From positions 1-64,000 of the IMG/VR virus record IMGVR_UViG_3300009158_002556: a DNA stretch of 64,000 nucleotides; one strand, written 5' to 3'. The stretch is from a virus (lineage: Duplodnaviria; Caudoviricetes). Positions 19,055 to 28,331 of the stretch are shown here, in pieces. A program made the translations under genes and the position numbers. A model generated the notes under the pieces. It made no database searches and was not told the DNA's origin. It saw only the letters and a program-made list of their open reading frames with translations. Numbering within the stretch: position 1 is the stretch's first letter; the number at the start of each line of letters is the position of its first letter.

Positions 19055-20058
19055 TTTCTTGTAATAGTAAACATACAAGGTTTTGATAAATCAAATCGTA
19101 CAGATTTGTCACATTTCATCTGTGATGTTTTAATTTCTACAAACTTTGAACAATTAAATTTGTTCCAATTTTTAGGCAAAACTTCATGTAGTGTAGTAAT
19201 AGTATTACCTGAAGAATCTATAGTAGTGTATTGTATATATACAGATGTATCATCAGATCCATTATGCATAAAAAATTCGGTATTATTGTTGACGGGTGTC
19301 ATTAATATACTACCATAAACTACATCGTTACGAAAACCAATATCGCCACCTGATTCACAAACACCGATATTTTCAATATGATCATATGTGGATGGTTTAT
19401 CTAAATATTCACAATCGTTTTTGATTATGTTATAAAACAATTCTTCAAATACCGGAGATAAATTACGGCCGTATAAACTATGTATGAATTTTATATAATC
19501 TTCTTCGGTTTCCATCTCTGGTATAATCGAGTCAATGTAGTTCACATCAATTAGAAAAAAATTGGTTGTACAACCAAAGTCATCTTTGAGTATCATACAC
19601 GTTTTACTTTTTTCAGTAGATCCAAAAGACTTGAATATGGTATTCATAAGATCATAATTCTTGAATACTATATCATATTCAGATCGTATCATGTGTTCAT
19701 AACCATAACTTTTAAGAACCTTACAAATCTTTTTAATATTATATAATATGGTCCAATTTGTAAATCCGTGAATATAGCTTTTACCACTTAAATTAATTTC
19801 ACCAAATTCATCGTATAGTTGAAACCTCCAATTTATAGTACTACACAAACTATATTTAGATTTATCAGTGAGTAGTCTGTTTTTTGAATCATATTCGAAA
19901 TACTTTATGTTTTCAAACTTATCAAAGCTAATCATTTTGTTTGAAATGACAAAAACATCGAATCCTTGTTTAATGAAATTAGTTACATTATAATCAAACC
20001 ACTTTTTCTTTTCTTCACTACTAATAAACGCATCTATAAAAATTGCAGGTTTCTTCAT
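19051..20058 (-). CDS. putative glycosyltransferase-like protein (family B member 4)
   Basis: MKKPAIFIDAF...GFDVFVISN...YEHMIRSEYD; similar layout to 7179, 8215 and 12482. Confidence 0.45.
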   Translation of the reverse strand: MKKPAIFIDAFISSEEKKKWFDYNVTNFIKQGFDVFVISNKMISFDKFENIKYFEYDSKNRLLTDKSKYSLCSTINWRFQLYDEFGEINLSGKSYIHGFTNWTILYNIKKICKVLKSYGYEHMIRSEYDIVFKNYDLMNTIFKSFGSTEKSKTCMILKDDFGCTTNFFLIDVNYIDSIIPEMETEEDYIKFIHSLYGRNLSPVFEELFYNIIKNDCEYLDKPSTYDHIENIGVCESGGDIGFRNDVVYGSILMTPVNNNTEFFMHNGSDDTSVYIQYTTIDSSGNTITTLHEVLPKNWNKFNCSKFVEIKTSQMKCDKSVRFDLSKPCMFTITRN

Positions 20059-20102
20059 AATAAAAATAAGTATTTTGATTATTTTTTAATATTTAATTTT
20101 AA

Positions 20103-20579
20103 ATGTCTAACTTTTCTCATTTATTATCAAAACACGGAGTGATGTCTAGTTTTAATATCGCTAGGAAAATAAAAACCAGTGATATCAATAAAATTAAGAA
20201 TAACATTATTGACAAATCCGATTCAAAACCAGATATTCTTAACAAATTGATATTATTAAAACAAGAAAGTCGATTTATGGATGACATACCTGGATTGATA
20301 ATAGATGTAGAAAAATCAGACATGATGATATACTTCGACGGACTTCCGACTCATGTAAAAAAAATTCTGGTACAAATATCAAATCAATTTGCTGCAAAGT
20401 CTATTGAAAAGAAATTAAATACACCAGAAATATTGGTGGCAATTCAACTGATATTTAATCAGTTAGGCATCGAATCCCAAGACCTACGTGACTTTAATAG
20501 AATGTTTAATAATCTTCCCCCACAAGATAATATTGATGATGAAGAGGACGATGATGATGGTGAAGACGATGAATTTTAA
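20103..20579 (+). CDS. hypothetical protein with acidic tail
   Basis: ORF track; ends DDEEDDDDGEDDEF. Confidence 0.65.
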   Translation: MSNFSHLLSKHGVMSSFNIARKIKTSDINKIKNNIIDKSDSKPDILNKLILLKQESRFMDDIPGLIIDVEKSDMMIYFDGLPTHVKKILVQISNQFAAKSIEKKLNTPEILVAIQLIFNQLGIESQDLRDFNRMFNNLPPQDNIDDEEDDDDGEDDEF

Positions 20580-21709
20580 ATATTATTTATTGTATTAACA
20601 AACCAACTAATTTGTTCTGGTGTAACACTATAATGTAATCCAACATACAAACCATTTTCGTTAATAATGTCTGCGTGAGGATAATCCCCATTAGCATATT
20701 TCTTAAATGCAGTTTGTTTTAATAAGTTACCACCAATAATAGGACGATATTCTATACCTTTACGTTTACAGAAGTTTTTAATCTTATCAATAGTTTCTTT
20801 ATTTTTTGCAATAATTGGCAAACTAAATAAATTGTCTTCATTCTTGACTTGAACATTATAGAAAGAGTTTTGATCCAATAATGATGTAAATATCTCGCCA
20901 CAGAATTTTCTATGACTTGTATATAAAGGAACACGTTTAAAATCTAATAAACCAATATACGCATGTATATCACTATTTCTAAAATTATTCCCTATACAAT
21001 AAAAATCAAATAATGGATCTACATCTGGATTTTTATATTTTTCTTGATTCTCTGGTGGTAAATGACGATACATACCATGATTACGAATCATGTTGAATAG
21101 TTCATATTCTTTTTCATCATTGGTAAATACAAACCCACCCTCAACACTTTGTAACATATGACCAAAATAAGTGCTTGTGGTTGATGTAAAAAATGAAGCA
21201 ATATTTCTACCCCTAAACTTTGTAAAGGTACTTTCACAACTATCCAACATGATTCTAACCTTATACTTGGTTTTAAGATAGTTCAATTTATCAATGTCAG
21301 GTGAAATACCTAACAATGCAGTAATAAAGATTGTTCCAACCTCCGGGTCTTTCTTGAGAATATTTTCTACTTGATCCAGATCGATTGATAGATTGTTCAA
21401 TTTAACATCTACAAAAACTGGTTCAAATCCACACTTAATAAACGGAGTGATAGATGTAGCCCAAGTTACGGCCGGAAAAATGATCTTTCGTTTAGTTTCT
21501 ACTTGATCAAGATAATAAGCAAGTAAAGTATTTGCTGTTGATCCACTTGATACAAATAAGGCATATTTACTACCAACGTATTTAGCCATCTTTTGCTCAA
21601 ACTTTTGAACTTGTTTTCCATATGTCCAGAAATTGTTAGTATTTAAAAAGAATCCACATATCTTAAGTCTATCCCAAAACGTAAAGTGATTTGTATTTAG
21701 CTTCCACAT
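20576..21709 (-). CDS. colD: DegT/DnrJ PLP enzyme, ColD-type (His replaces the catalytic Lys); putative GDP-4-keto-6-deoxymannose 3-dehydratase
   Basis: FVSSGSTAN, PAVTWATS, MLDSCES, STYFGHMLQSVEGG: His sits 6 residues before EGG, where aminotransferases have Lys. Confidence 0.75.
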   Translation of the reverse strand: MWKLNTNHFTFWDRLKICGFFLNTNNFWTYGKQVQKFEQKMAKYVGSKYALFVSSGSTANTLLAYYLDQVETKRKIIFPAVTWATSITPFIKCGFEPVFVDVKLNNLSIDLDQVENILKKDPEVGTIFITALLGISPDIDKLNYLKTKYKVRIMLDSCESTFTKFRGRNIASFFTSTTSTYFGHMLQSVEGGFVFTNDEKEYELFNMIRNHGMYRHLPPENQEKYKNPDVDPLFDFYCIGNNFRNSDIHAYIGLLDFKRVPLYTSHRKFCGEIFTSLLDQNSFYNVQVKNEDNLFSLPIIAKNKETIDKIKNFCKRKGIEYRPIIGGNLLKQTAFKKYANGDYPHADIINENGLYVGLHYSVTPEQISWFVNTINNI

Positions 21710-21810
21710 ATGATATATGTATGAATTTTAAAGTATGATTTATAATTTTATTTCAATTAAAATAATGTTGTATTACATAGAAAAAATACGTATCTATAAA
21801 GATTAATTGT

Positions 21811-22941
21811 ATGGAAGTTTTAAACATCAAAGACGCACAGAGTTTTATTAACAATCGCAAAGTTGTATTTATTACCGGAGTAACAGGCCAAGATGGTAGT
21901 CACTTGGTTGATTATCTATTAGAAACCACCGACTATTTCATAATTGGTGGGGCCAGAAGACTAAGTACAAAGAATCACGAAAACATCAGTCATATAAAAA
22001 ATGACAGATTCAAACTAGTTAACTTTGATCTGAGTGATGTACATAGCATAAACAAAATTGTACAAGATCTTAAACCAGATTACTTTGTCAATTTGGCAGC
22101 ACAAACCTTTGTTGGTTCATCATGGGATTTTCCAGCACAAACATGGGAATGTAATACTACTGCTATTATTCATATTCTTGAAGCTATCAGACAACATAAA
22201 CCAACTTGTAGATTTTATAACGCTGGCAGCAGTGAAGAATTTGGTGATGTTGAATATATTCCGCAAGATGAAAAACATCCATCTAAACCACGTAGTCCGT
22301 ATGGTGCTAGTAAATCCGCCGCGAGACAATTAGTTAAAGTATACAGAGAAAGTTATAATCTATATGCAATTCAAGGATTATTGTTCAATCATGAAGGCAC
22401 TAGAAGAGGTGAAGAGTTTGTTACACGTAAAATTACAAAGGGAGTAGCTAGAATCAAAAAAGCTATAGTTGAAGGTAAATCATTTGATTCAATCGAATTG
22501 GGTAATGTAAAAGCCAAAAGAGATTGGAGTGATGCGGAAGATTTTGTTAAAGGTATTTGGTTAATGTTAAATCAAGAAAAATGTAGAGTTGATATGGATA
22601 GTAATATGAAAATTGAAGAATATGTGTTATCTAGTAATGAAACACATACCATTGCAGAATTTGTATGGCATGCATTTAAAGCGGCTGATATTGAAGGTGC
22701 ATGGCACGGACAAGCTGAATCCGCTGAATTTAGTATTAGTACAAAAGATGCAATCAAATATGAACCAGTGTCTTCTGTATTGGTTAAAATCAATCCTAAG
22801 TTTTATAGACCTGCTGAAGTGGACTTATTACTGGGTGATAGCACCAAAGCCAGAAAAGAATTGGGATGGAAACCAGAAACTGACTTTGAAGGACTAATAA
22901 AAAAGATGGTTATTAACGATTTAAAACAGGTCGGACTATAA
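21811..22941 (+). CDS. gmd: GDP-mannose 4,6-dehydratase
   Basis: ITGVTGQDGS, NLAAQTFV, FYNAGSSEEFG, PRSPYGASK, FNHEGTRRGEEFVTRKIT, RPAEVDLLLGD. Confidence 0.93.
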   Translation: MEVLNIKDAQSFINNRKVVFITGVTGQDGSHLVDYLLETTDYFIIGGARRLSTKNHENISHIKNDRFKLVNFDLSDVHSINKIVQDLKPDYFVNLAAQTFVGSSWDFPAQTWECNTTAIIHILEAIRQHKPTCRFYNAGSSEEFGDVEYIPQDEKHPSKPRSPYGASKSAARQLVKVYRESYNLYAIQGLLFNHEGTRRGEEFVTRKITKGVARIKKAIVEGKSFDSIELGNVKAKRDWSDAEDFVKGIWLMLNQEKCRVDMDSNMKIEEYVLSSNETHTIAEFVWHAFKAADIEGAWHGQAESAEFSISTKDAIKYEPVSSVLVKINPKFYRPAEVDLLLGDSTKARKELGWKPETDFEGLIKKMVINDLKQVGL

Positions 22942-22950
22942 TTATACAAT

Positions 22951-24438
22951 ATGAGCGACACTTATACATTATATAATGAAACGGTAATGGATCATTTCAT
23001 GAACCCAAGAAATATGGGCGATATAAAAGACGCAGATGCTACTGGTGAAGTAGGCGCCGCAGCGTGTTTTTCGGGAGACACTCTAATAGCCACGGCGGAT
23101 GGTAACTTACATACTCCTATTAAAAATCTGGTTAATAAAATAATGCCTGTTTGGAGTTTTAATATAAAAACAAATTTATTTGAAATAAAAAATGCTATTG
23201 GAGTTGTTTCTGGTGTTAAAAAAGTATATAAATTGACTTTGAATGATGGTGGTGAAGTAATATGTACTGAAGATCATAAGTTTTTAACTCGGCCAAAAAA
23301 ACAATATGTTGAAAACAAAGTATTAACAATAGATGATTCAATTTATCCGTTTAAACGAAAAATAATTAAAAATGGATATTGGGAAATTAGAAAATCTAAA
23401 CATAGAAAAGAACATATTGAAATTTATAAATTTCATAATCCAAATCATAATACAGATGGTTATGATATACATCATATAGATGAAAATAAAAGAAATAATC
23501 GTATAAGTAATTTTCAGGGATTATTAAAGTCAGAACATATTAAATTAACTAATCCAAATTGGGATAAACCAAAGACATTTGATGTATGCATTAAAAAAGA
23601 TGTTTTATTAGAAAATATAGATAAATTTGATGATAAAAGTGAGTTGGCAAATCATTTTGGAATATATACAGATCATTTAATGTATATAATTGGATATTAT
23701 GATATTGATAAAAGATTCAAAAAACTAACCACTGAAGAACAAAGAAAATTAATATCTCAAAGACAAAGTGGTAAGAATAATTGTTATCATAAAATGTCAG
23801 ATGAATGGAAACAAAACTTTGCTTCCAAACCAAAAGAAAAAAACCCTAAATGGTTAGGATATTCAGATGAAGATCTATTTAAAATTGGAAATACTTTATA
23901 TAAAAAACATGGGAAATTAACAGCAGATATTTGGCGAAATAATGCTAAACAAAATAAAATTCCACAAAGTTTATCAACCAGATTTTCATCGTGGAATTAT
24001 TTTATTGGTGAATGTAAAGGTTATAATCACAATATAATAAAACGACAGTATATCGGAGAAATTGAAACTTATACACTACAAGTTGAGGATAATAACAATT
24101 ATGTTGTTTTATCTCGTATAACACATAATGTTGAAGAAGGTATTGTTGTAAAAAATTGTGGTGATATTATGAAGATCACTCTTAAAATTGATGATGCTAC
24201 ACAAACAGTAACTGATGCTAGATTTAAGACATTTGGGTGTGGCAGTGCGATAGCTGCTTCCAGTATGGCTACTGAATTAATAAAAGGTCGTACTATAGAA
24301 GAACTTCAGAAAAATTTTAACAATGATGATATTGTTACTGCGTTGGGCGGCCTTCCACCAGTAAAAATCCATTGTTCAGTTTTGGCCACCGAGGCACTTA
24401 ATGCCGCGTTAGAAAATTACAAAAATAAAAATAAATAA
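22951..24438 (+). CDS. iscU: Fe-S cluster scaffold IscU/NifU precursor containing an intein (mature protein 131 aa)
   Basis: DHFMNPRNMG...GEVGAAA | CGDIMK...ARFKTFGCGSAIAASS...LPPVKIHCSVLA; three Cys, Asp and His ligands intact once the insert is removed. Confidence 0.93.
   Translation: MSDTYTLYNETVMDHFMNPRNMGDIKDADATGEVGAAACFSGDTLIATADGNLHTPIKNLVNKIMPVWSFNIKTNLFEIKNAIGVVSGVKKVYKLTLNDGGEVICTEDHKFLTRPKKQYVENKVLTIDDSIYPFKRKIIKNGYWEIRKSKHRKEHIEIYKFHNPNHNTDGYDIHHIDENKRNNRISNFQGLLKSEHIKLTNPNWDKPKTFDVCIKKDVLLENIDKFDDKSELANHFGIYTDHLMYIIGYYDIDKRFKKLTTEEQRKLISQRQSGKNNCYHKMSDEWKQNFASKPKEKNPKWLGYSDEDLFKIGNTLYKKHGKLTADIWRNNAKQNKIPQSLSTRFSSWNYFIGECKGYNHNIIKRQYIGEIETYTLQVEDNNNYVVLSRITHNVEEGIVVKNCGDIMKITLKIDDATQTVTDARFKTFGCGSAIAASSMATELIKGRTIEELQKNFNNDDIVTALGGLPPVKIHCSVLATEALNAALENYKNKNK
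23065..24156 (+). mobile_element. intein (364 aa) with HNH-type homing endonuclease
   Basis: Block A CFSGDTLI; block B VICTEDHKF (TxxH); HHIDENKRNNRISN at about 23470; block F ETYTLQVEDNNNY; block G VVKN followed by extein Cys. Confidence 0.93.
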
Positions 24439-24446
24439 ATTAAGTT

Positions 24447-24707
24447 ATGAATAAATTCGAAACACAAACACCAAAGCTAAATTTTAGCATCAAAGATACT
24501 CAACCAGTTGCATGTCATGATTGTAAGGGTCAAGTATTTGCAAATGGTATCATACTCAGAAAAGTTAGTAAAATACTAGCAGGTACTGATAAGGATGCAC
24601 TTGTTCCAGTAACTATACCATATTGTGTCAATTGTTTATCTGTTCTAGAAGATTTGTTACCAGACGAATTAAAAAGTAACAATTCAAACAAAATCAGTCT
24701 TGTTTAA
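24447..24707 (+). CDS. small zinc-ribbon-like protein
   Basis: CHDC...YCVNC. Confidence 0.65.
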   Translation: MNKFETQTPKLNFSIKDTQPVACHDCKGQVFANGIILRKVSKILAGTDKDALVPVTIPYCVNCLSVLEDLLPDELKSNNSNKISLV

Positions 24708-25131
24708 ATCTATTAATTAGTTGTTGTACAATATCTCCATGATCGAACGCCATTTGATCATGGGGTATTTCGTTTGCATTGTGCCACTTTACTTCGGCGA
24801 TTTCTCCAACTTGTGGTTTTAATGTATGTGGGTAATTTATTGGTAATATACATCCGTATGTAACTCCAAAACCCCGTCTGATATTACTAATAGGATGCAT
24901 ACCAATCAATTTGAGTTGGTTTTTAATCAAAGACACATCTACATTAGTTTCTTCCTTTAACTCTCTGATACCACCATCCAAAGGTATTTCTCCATCATTT
25001 ATATGACCGCCTGGTATACACCACTTGTTTCCCTCAAAACTATTCGGAGTTCTTAATGTTAAAAGTACTTGAAGTTTTCCGTCGTTGAGTCTAAACAATA
25101 ATACATCTGATGTTTTAATCTTATTTTTCAT
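24694..25131 (-). CDS. NUDIX hydrolase
   Basis: WCIPGGHINDGEIPLDGGIRELKEETNV Nudix box; MAFDH. Confidence 0.9.
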   Translation of the reverse strand: MKNKIKTSDVLLFRLNDGKLQVLLTLRTPNSFEGNKWCIPGGHINDGEIPLDGGIRELKEETNVDVSLIKNQLKLIGMHPISNIRRGFGVTYGCILPINYPHTLKPQVGEIAEVKWHNANEIPHDQMAFDHGDIVQQLINRFKQD

Positions 25132-26486
25132 TTAATTCTCTTGGGAAAATGATCTAACTTTGATATAACATAATTATCGTCGTATGTAGCCCAAAATTGA
25201 TTTTTATCAACATACCAGTTGTGATATACATCCATATTGAAGGTATTAGATAGTGTATAATCTAATTTTACATCATTATGATCTAAGTACTCAATTTCCG
25301 CTCCAAACTTTCCACATATTACCTTGTTTCCAAATTTCTTGGCAGTATATGTACACAATCCAAAACCCTCACCTCTATTCAATGTGAAATACACATCTGA
25401 AAAATAATGTATGGTTTGTATCTGAATGTCATTTAAATTATCAAAACAGAAAAATATACTAGGTGGATTTGTGTAATTTTTGATCAACAATGATATTTTA
25501 TACTTCAGAGCTTCGGTCTGTGAACGATCAAATTCTTTATAGAATGTTTTGATTAATAAACAAACATTATCATTCTTAGTAAATTTATCACAGAAAACTT
25601 TTATTAACTGGTCTATATTTTTACGTTCATTATATTGACTAATATTGTAGTATACAGTCTTACCACGAATACATTGTTCTATATAATCAGTATCTTTTAT
25701 ATACGACTGATTTTTATACAACAGGAACTTATGTGTAATGTTATTTATATTATCAATAACATTCGAATTTATAGGAAATATATCATGGTACCAAACATTT
25801 ATTTTTTTATTGATACCACTATTTAAAAACACATCCTCGTTGAAATAAGATGGAACTATAACTTCGTCAACTGAATTATTAATATAACTTACCCAATCAC
25901 CATGTAGTTTTGTAGTTTCCCACACCGTTAAACCATATACTCTTTTACCTCTTTGTATAGTTTTTACTATAGCTGGCCACGCGTCTGGAACGTGGTGTAT
26001 AATGACACAATCATAGTCTATCTTTTTATTTAAACAATCAAATACCCGTTGTTCATATTTGTTACATGGACTATATGATTGTACACCAAATCTGGAAGTA
26101 TCCCACGTAACATCAAATCCATTTTCTAACAATTGATATATATAATTTCTAGCAGCATAGCTATATCCACTATGATTGTTTTGAGATATATATAGTATTT
26201 TTTTACCTTGTAAAAACGAGGTATTTTTGAACTCATATTCGAATAAAACAATATGGTTCGTCAAAGAAACAACTTTAAATTTTATATTGTTTTTAAAAAA
26301 ACTTAAAGGTTTATTAAGTCCGGAATAAAATATAAACCCGGAATTTATGCTTATTAAATCCGAATGTAATATTGTATTCGTAAATGAATCTTCCCACAAA
26401 AACAATACATCTAGGTTACTAACATCTCCCTGTACATCAATATTTATACCCACTGGATCTATATTTTTATCGGCGAATATTATCAT
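25128..26486 (-). CDS. GT-B (GT4-like) glycosyltransferase with N-terminal extension
   Basis: SGYSYAAR, TVWETTK, VIVPSYFN, RKNIDQLIKVF, NRGEGFGL. Confidence 0.8.
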   Translation of the reverse strand: MIIFADKNIDPVGINIDVQGDVSNLDVLFLWEDSFTNTILHSDLISINSGFIFYSGLNKPLSFFKNNIKFKVVSLTNHIVLFEYEFKNTSFLQGKKILYISQNNHSGYSYAARNYIYQLLENGFDVTWDTSRFGVQSYSPCNKYEQRVFDCLNKKIDYDCVIIHHVPDAWPAIVKTIQRGKRVYGLTVWETTKLHGDWVSYINNSVDEVIVPSYFNEDVFLNSGINKKINVWYHDIFPINSNVIDNINNITHKFLLYKNQSYIKDTDYIEQCIRGKTVYYNISQYNERKNIDQLIKVFCDKFTKNDNVCLLIKTFYKEFDRSQTEALKYKISLLIKNYTNPPSIFFCFDNLNDIQIQTIHYFSDVYFTLNRGEGFGLCTYTAKKFGNKVICGKFGAEIEYLDHNDVKLDYTLSNTFNMDVYHNWYVDKNQFWATYDDNYVISKLDHFPKRIK

Positions 26487-26516
26487 AACAATTATAACAC
26501 TTATAACTATATAATA

Positions 26517-26855
26517 TCAATCATGTAATATTATTTTATTAGACTTGTGTTCTGATACTACTCCAACTTTTTTCTTCAACATGCTTAGTGCTGCTTTGGG
26601 ATTCATTTTACCAAAGTTAAATCCCATAATTCCATATTGCTGACAAAACTCTTCTAGTTCTTGAACGTCTCTTGGATCATATTGTTGTACTTCCGTATTA
26701 ATATAACCGCTCTCATCAGATACATTTGATTGTTTACGTCTCAACATAGCTTGATACGGATCAAAGCCATTAATAGATGGCGTAGGCGCACTCTGTTGAC
26801 GCATTACCATCATAGCTTGTAAGTTGCCCATAGGCACATTCGGCCATTCATTCAT
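26517..26855 (-). CDS. hypothetical protein
   Basis: ORF track; last gene of the tightly coupled 30304-26517 operon. Confidence 0.65.
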   Translation of the reverse strand: MNEWPNVPMGNLQAMMVMRQQSAPTPSINGFDPYQAMLRRKQSNVSDESGYINTEVQQYDPRDVQELEEFCQQYGIMGFNFGKMNPKAALSMLKKKVGVVSEHKSNKIILHD

Positions 26856-26858
26856 AAC

Positions 26859-28322
26859 TTAAAAATAAGTTGTAAAACCAAAGTACTCAGATAAAAATCT
26901 TTTCAAGAACTCTGAGTTTCTACCTTTTAATTCTTTACCACTAGCATATCTCTTATATTGAGACTTCATTCCATCCAAGTCATTTTTCAATGCAAATTCG
27001 GTAAATTTAGGAAATTTATTTAGTGTACCCATATTGAATACAAAATCAATAAACATTTCTTCTTGTTGGGGAGTTAATTTAACACCACCGACCTCTTTAT
27101 AAACTTGTTGTTTTGCTTTCGCCAAATCTATCTTTAATAGAGATTCAGCTTGTGCATCTGTTATACCTTTACTAAAGTCTTCGCCTTTTTGTATTTTATG
27201 ACCATATCCAATTGTATCACTGCCACCCTCAAAACTTTTATGGGGAAACCAAAGCTTCTTTTCAACATTATATCCAACTTTGCCTTGATTCTCTACCTTC
27301 TTGATATAATCAATAAATGAACCGGCAGATCTTTGTGCTGTTTGCGTAACAGCAGGTTGATTTGTTGGATTTATCTTTGACGCGTCTACTTTACCAGACA
27401 TTGCACCAAGACCAATTGCTCCAGCAGCAACCCAATCTTTCCAACCCTCTTCAAGATCGTGTGCAATTTTAACTTCGTCAAACTTTCTACCTTGTGGACC
27501 AAAATGGTCTAGATGATGATAAACATCATCCAAATATTCACCGGCCAAGTTCAACTTAGATTTTACCCAATCTTCCAACTCAGAGTCTGGTTGCAACATC
27601 CCTTCTAATTCTTTTGCATCACTATTAATTTGCTTTAAAGCACCCATAGCCATGTTACTATCAAATTCCTTCAATAGTTGGTATGTAACTTCTTTATATA
27701 TTTCTTTTACTGGTTTGCTTTTTGTAGAGTGTCCAGATTGTCTTAACTTTCTGGCCCTACAATGTGCTTTTTGACTAAAACCCTTCGGATTACTACAATT
27801 AATACGTTTCTTATAGTTCATCGACCACTTTTCATTTATCTGATCATCAGAAGTACCAGCTTCTTTTTCATCATGATAAAACTTCAAATAGTCACGTACT
27901 GTAGCTACATAGTCACATGCGTGATTTAACTTAGCTTTAACCCAGTCTTCCAAGTTATCATTTACACTAAACATCGATTGTAGTTTTTCACTATAATCAA
28001 TTATTTTGGTGATATCACTTTGAGACATTTCTGCATTTTCATTCATTGTATCAGAAGCCATTAACTTATCTAACGTATTATTCTTTTGTGCCTTTTTCAA
28101 GTCCTTGGTTTGTATTGGTAATAACTCAGAAGCAGAATATCTAGATTGATCACCAGTAAACACATAGTAACGTGGTAATGTAGCAATCTCCCAATCCGTT
28201 TTGATAGGATCTACTATTTTTAAGAAATAATAGAATTTATCATTGTACATGTCGGCCGAGGGTCTTGCTTTATCGGAGAAAAACCCTAATTGTCCTGTAC
28301 GTCTGATCTTGAAAAGAGGCAT
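26859..28322 (-). CDS. modular putative virion protein with duplicated helical domain and C-terminal lysozyme-like domain
   Basis: Two copies of M...I...L..M......LEDWVK.KLN.A..Y...V..YL; INCSNPKGFSQKAHC module; KKVEN...DTIGYGHKI...ITDAQAESLL.ID...DFVFNMG. Confidence 0.75.
   Translation of the reverse strand: MPLFKIRRTGQLGFFSDKARPSADMYNDKFYYFLKIVDPIKTDWEIATLPRYYVFTGDQSRYSASELLPIQTKDLKKAQKNNTLDKLMASDTMNENAEMSQSDITKIIDYSEKLQSMFSVNDNLEDWVKAKLNHACDYVATVRDYLKFYHDEKEAGTSDDQINEKWSMNYKKRINCSNPKGFSQKAHCRARKLRQSGHSTKSKPVKEIYKEVTYQLLKEFDSNMAMGALKQINSDAKELEGMLQPDSELEDWVKSKLNLAGEYLDDVYHHLDHFGPQGRKFDEVKIAHDLEEGWKDWVAAGAIGLGAMSGKVDASKINPTNQPAVTQTAQRSAGSFIDYIKKVENQGKVGYNVEKKLWFPHKSFEGGSDTIGYGHKIQKGEDFSKGITDAQAESLLKIDLAKAKQQVYKEVGGVKLTPQQEEMFIDFVFNMGTLNKFPKFTEFALKNDLDGMKSQYKRYASGKELKGRNSEFLKRFLSEYFGFTTYF
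27505..28040 (-). repeat. protein-level internal repeat (two copies of about 50 aa)
   Basis: MSQSDITKIIDYSEKLQSMFSVNDNLEDWVKAKLNHACDYVATVRDYL versus MAMGALKQINSDAKELEGMLQPDSELEDWVKSKLNLAGEYLDDVYHHL. Confidence 0.85.
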
Positions 28323-28331
28323 ATAGATGTA

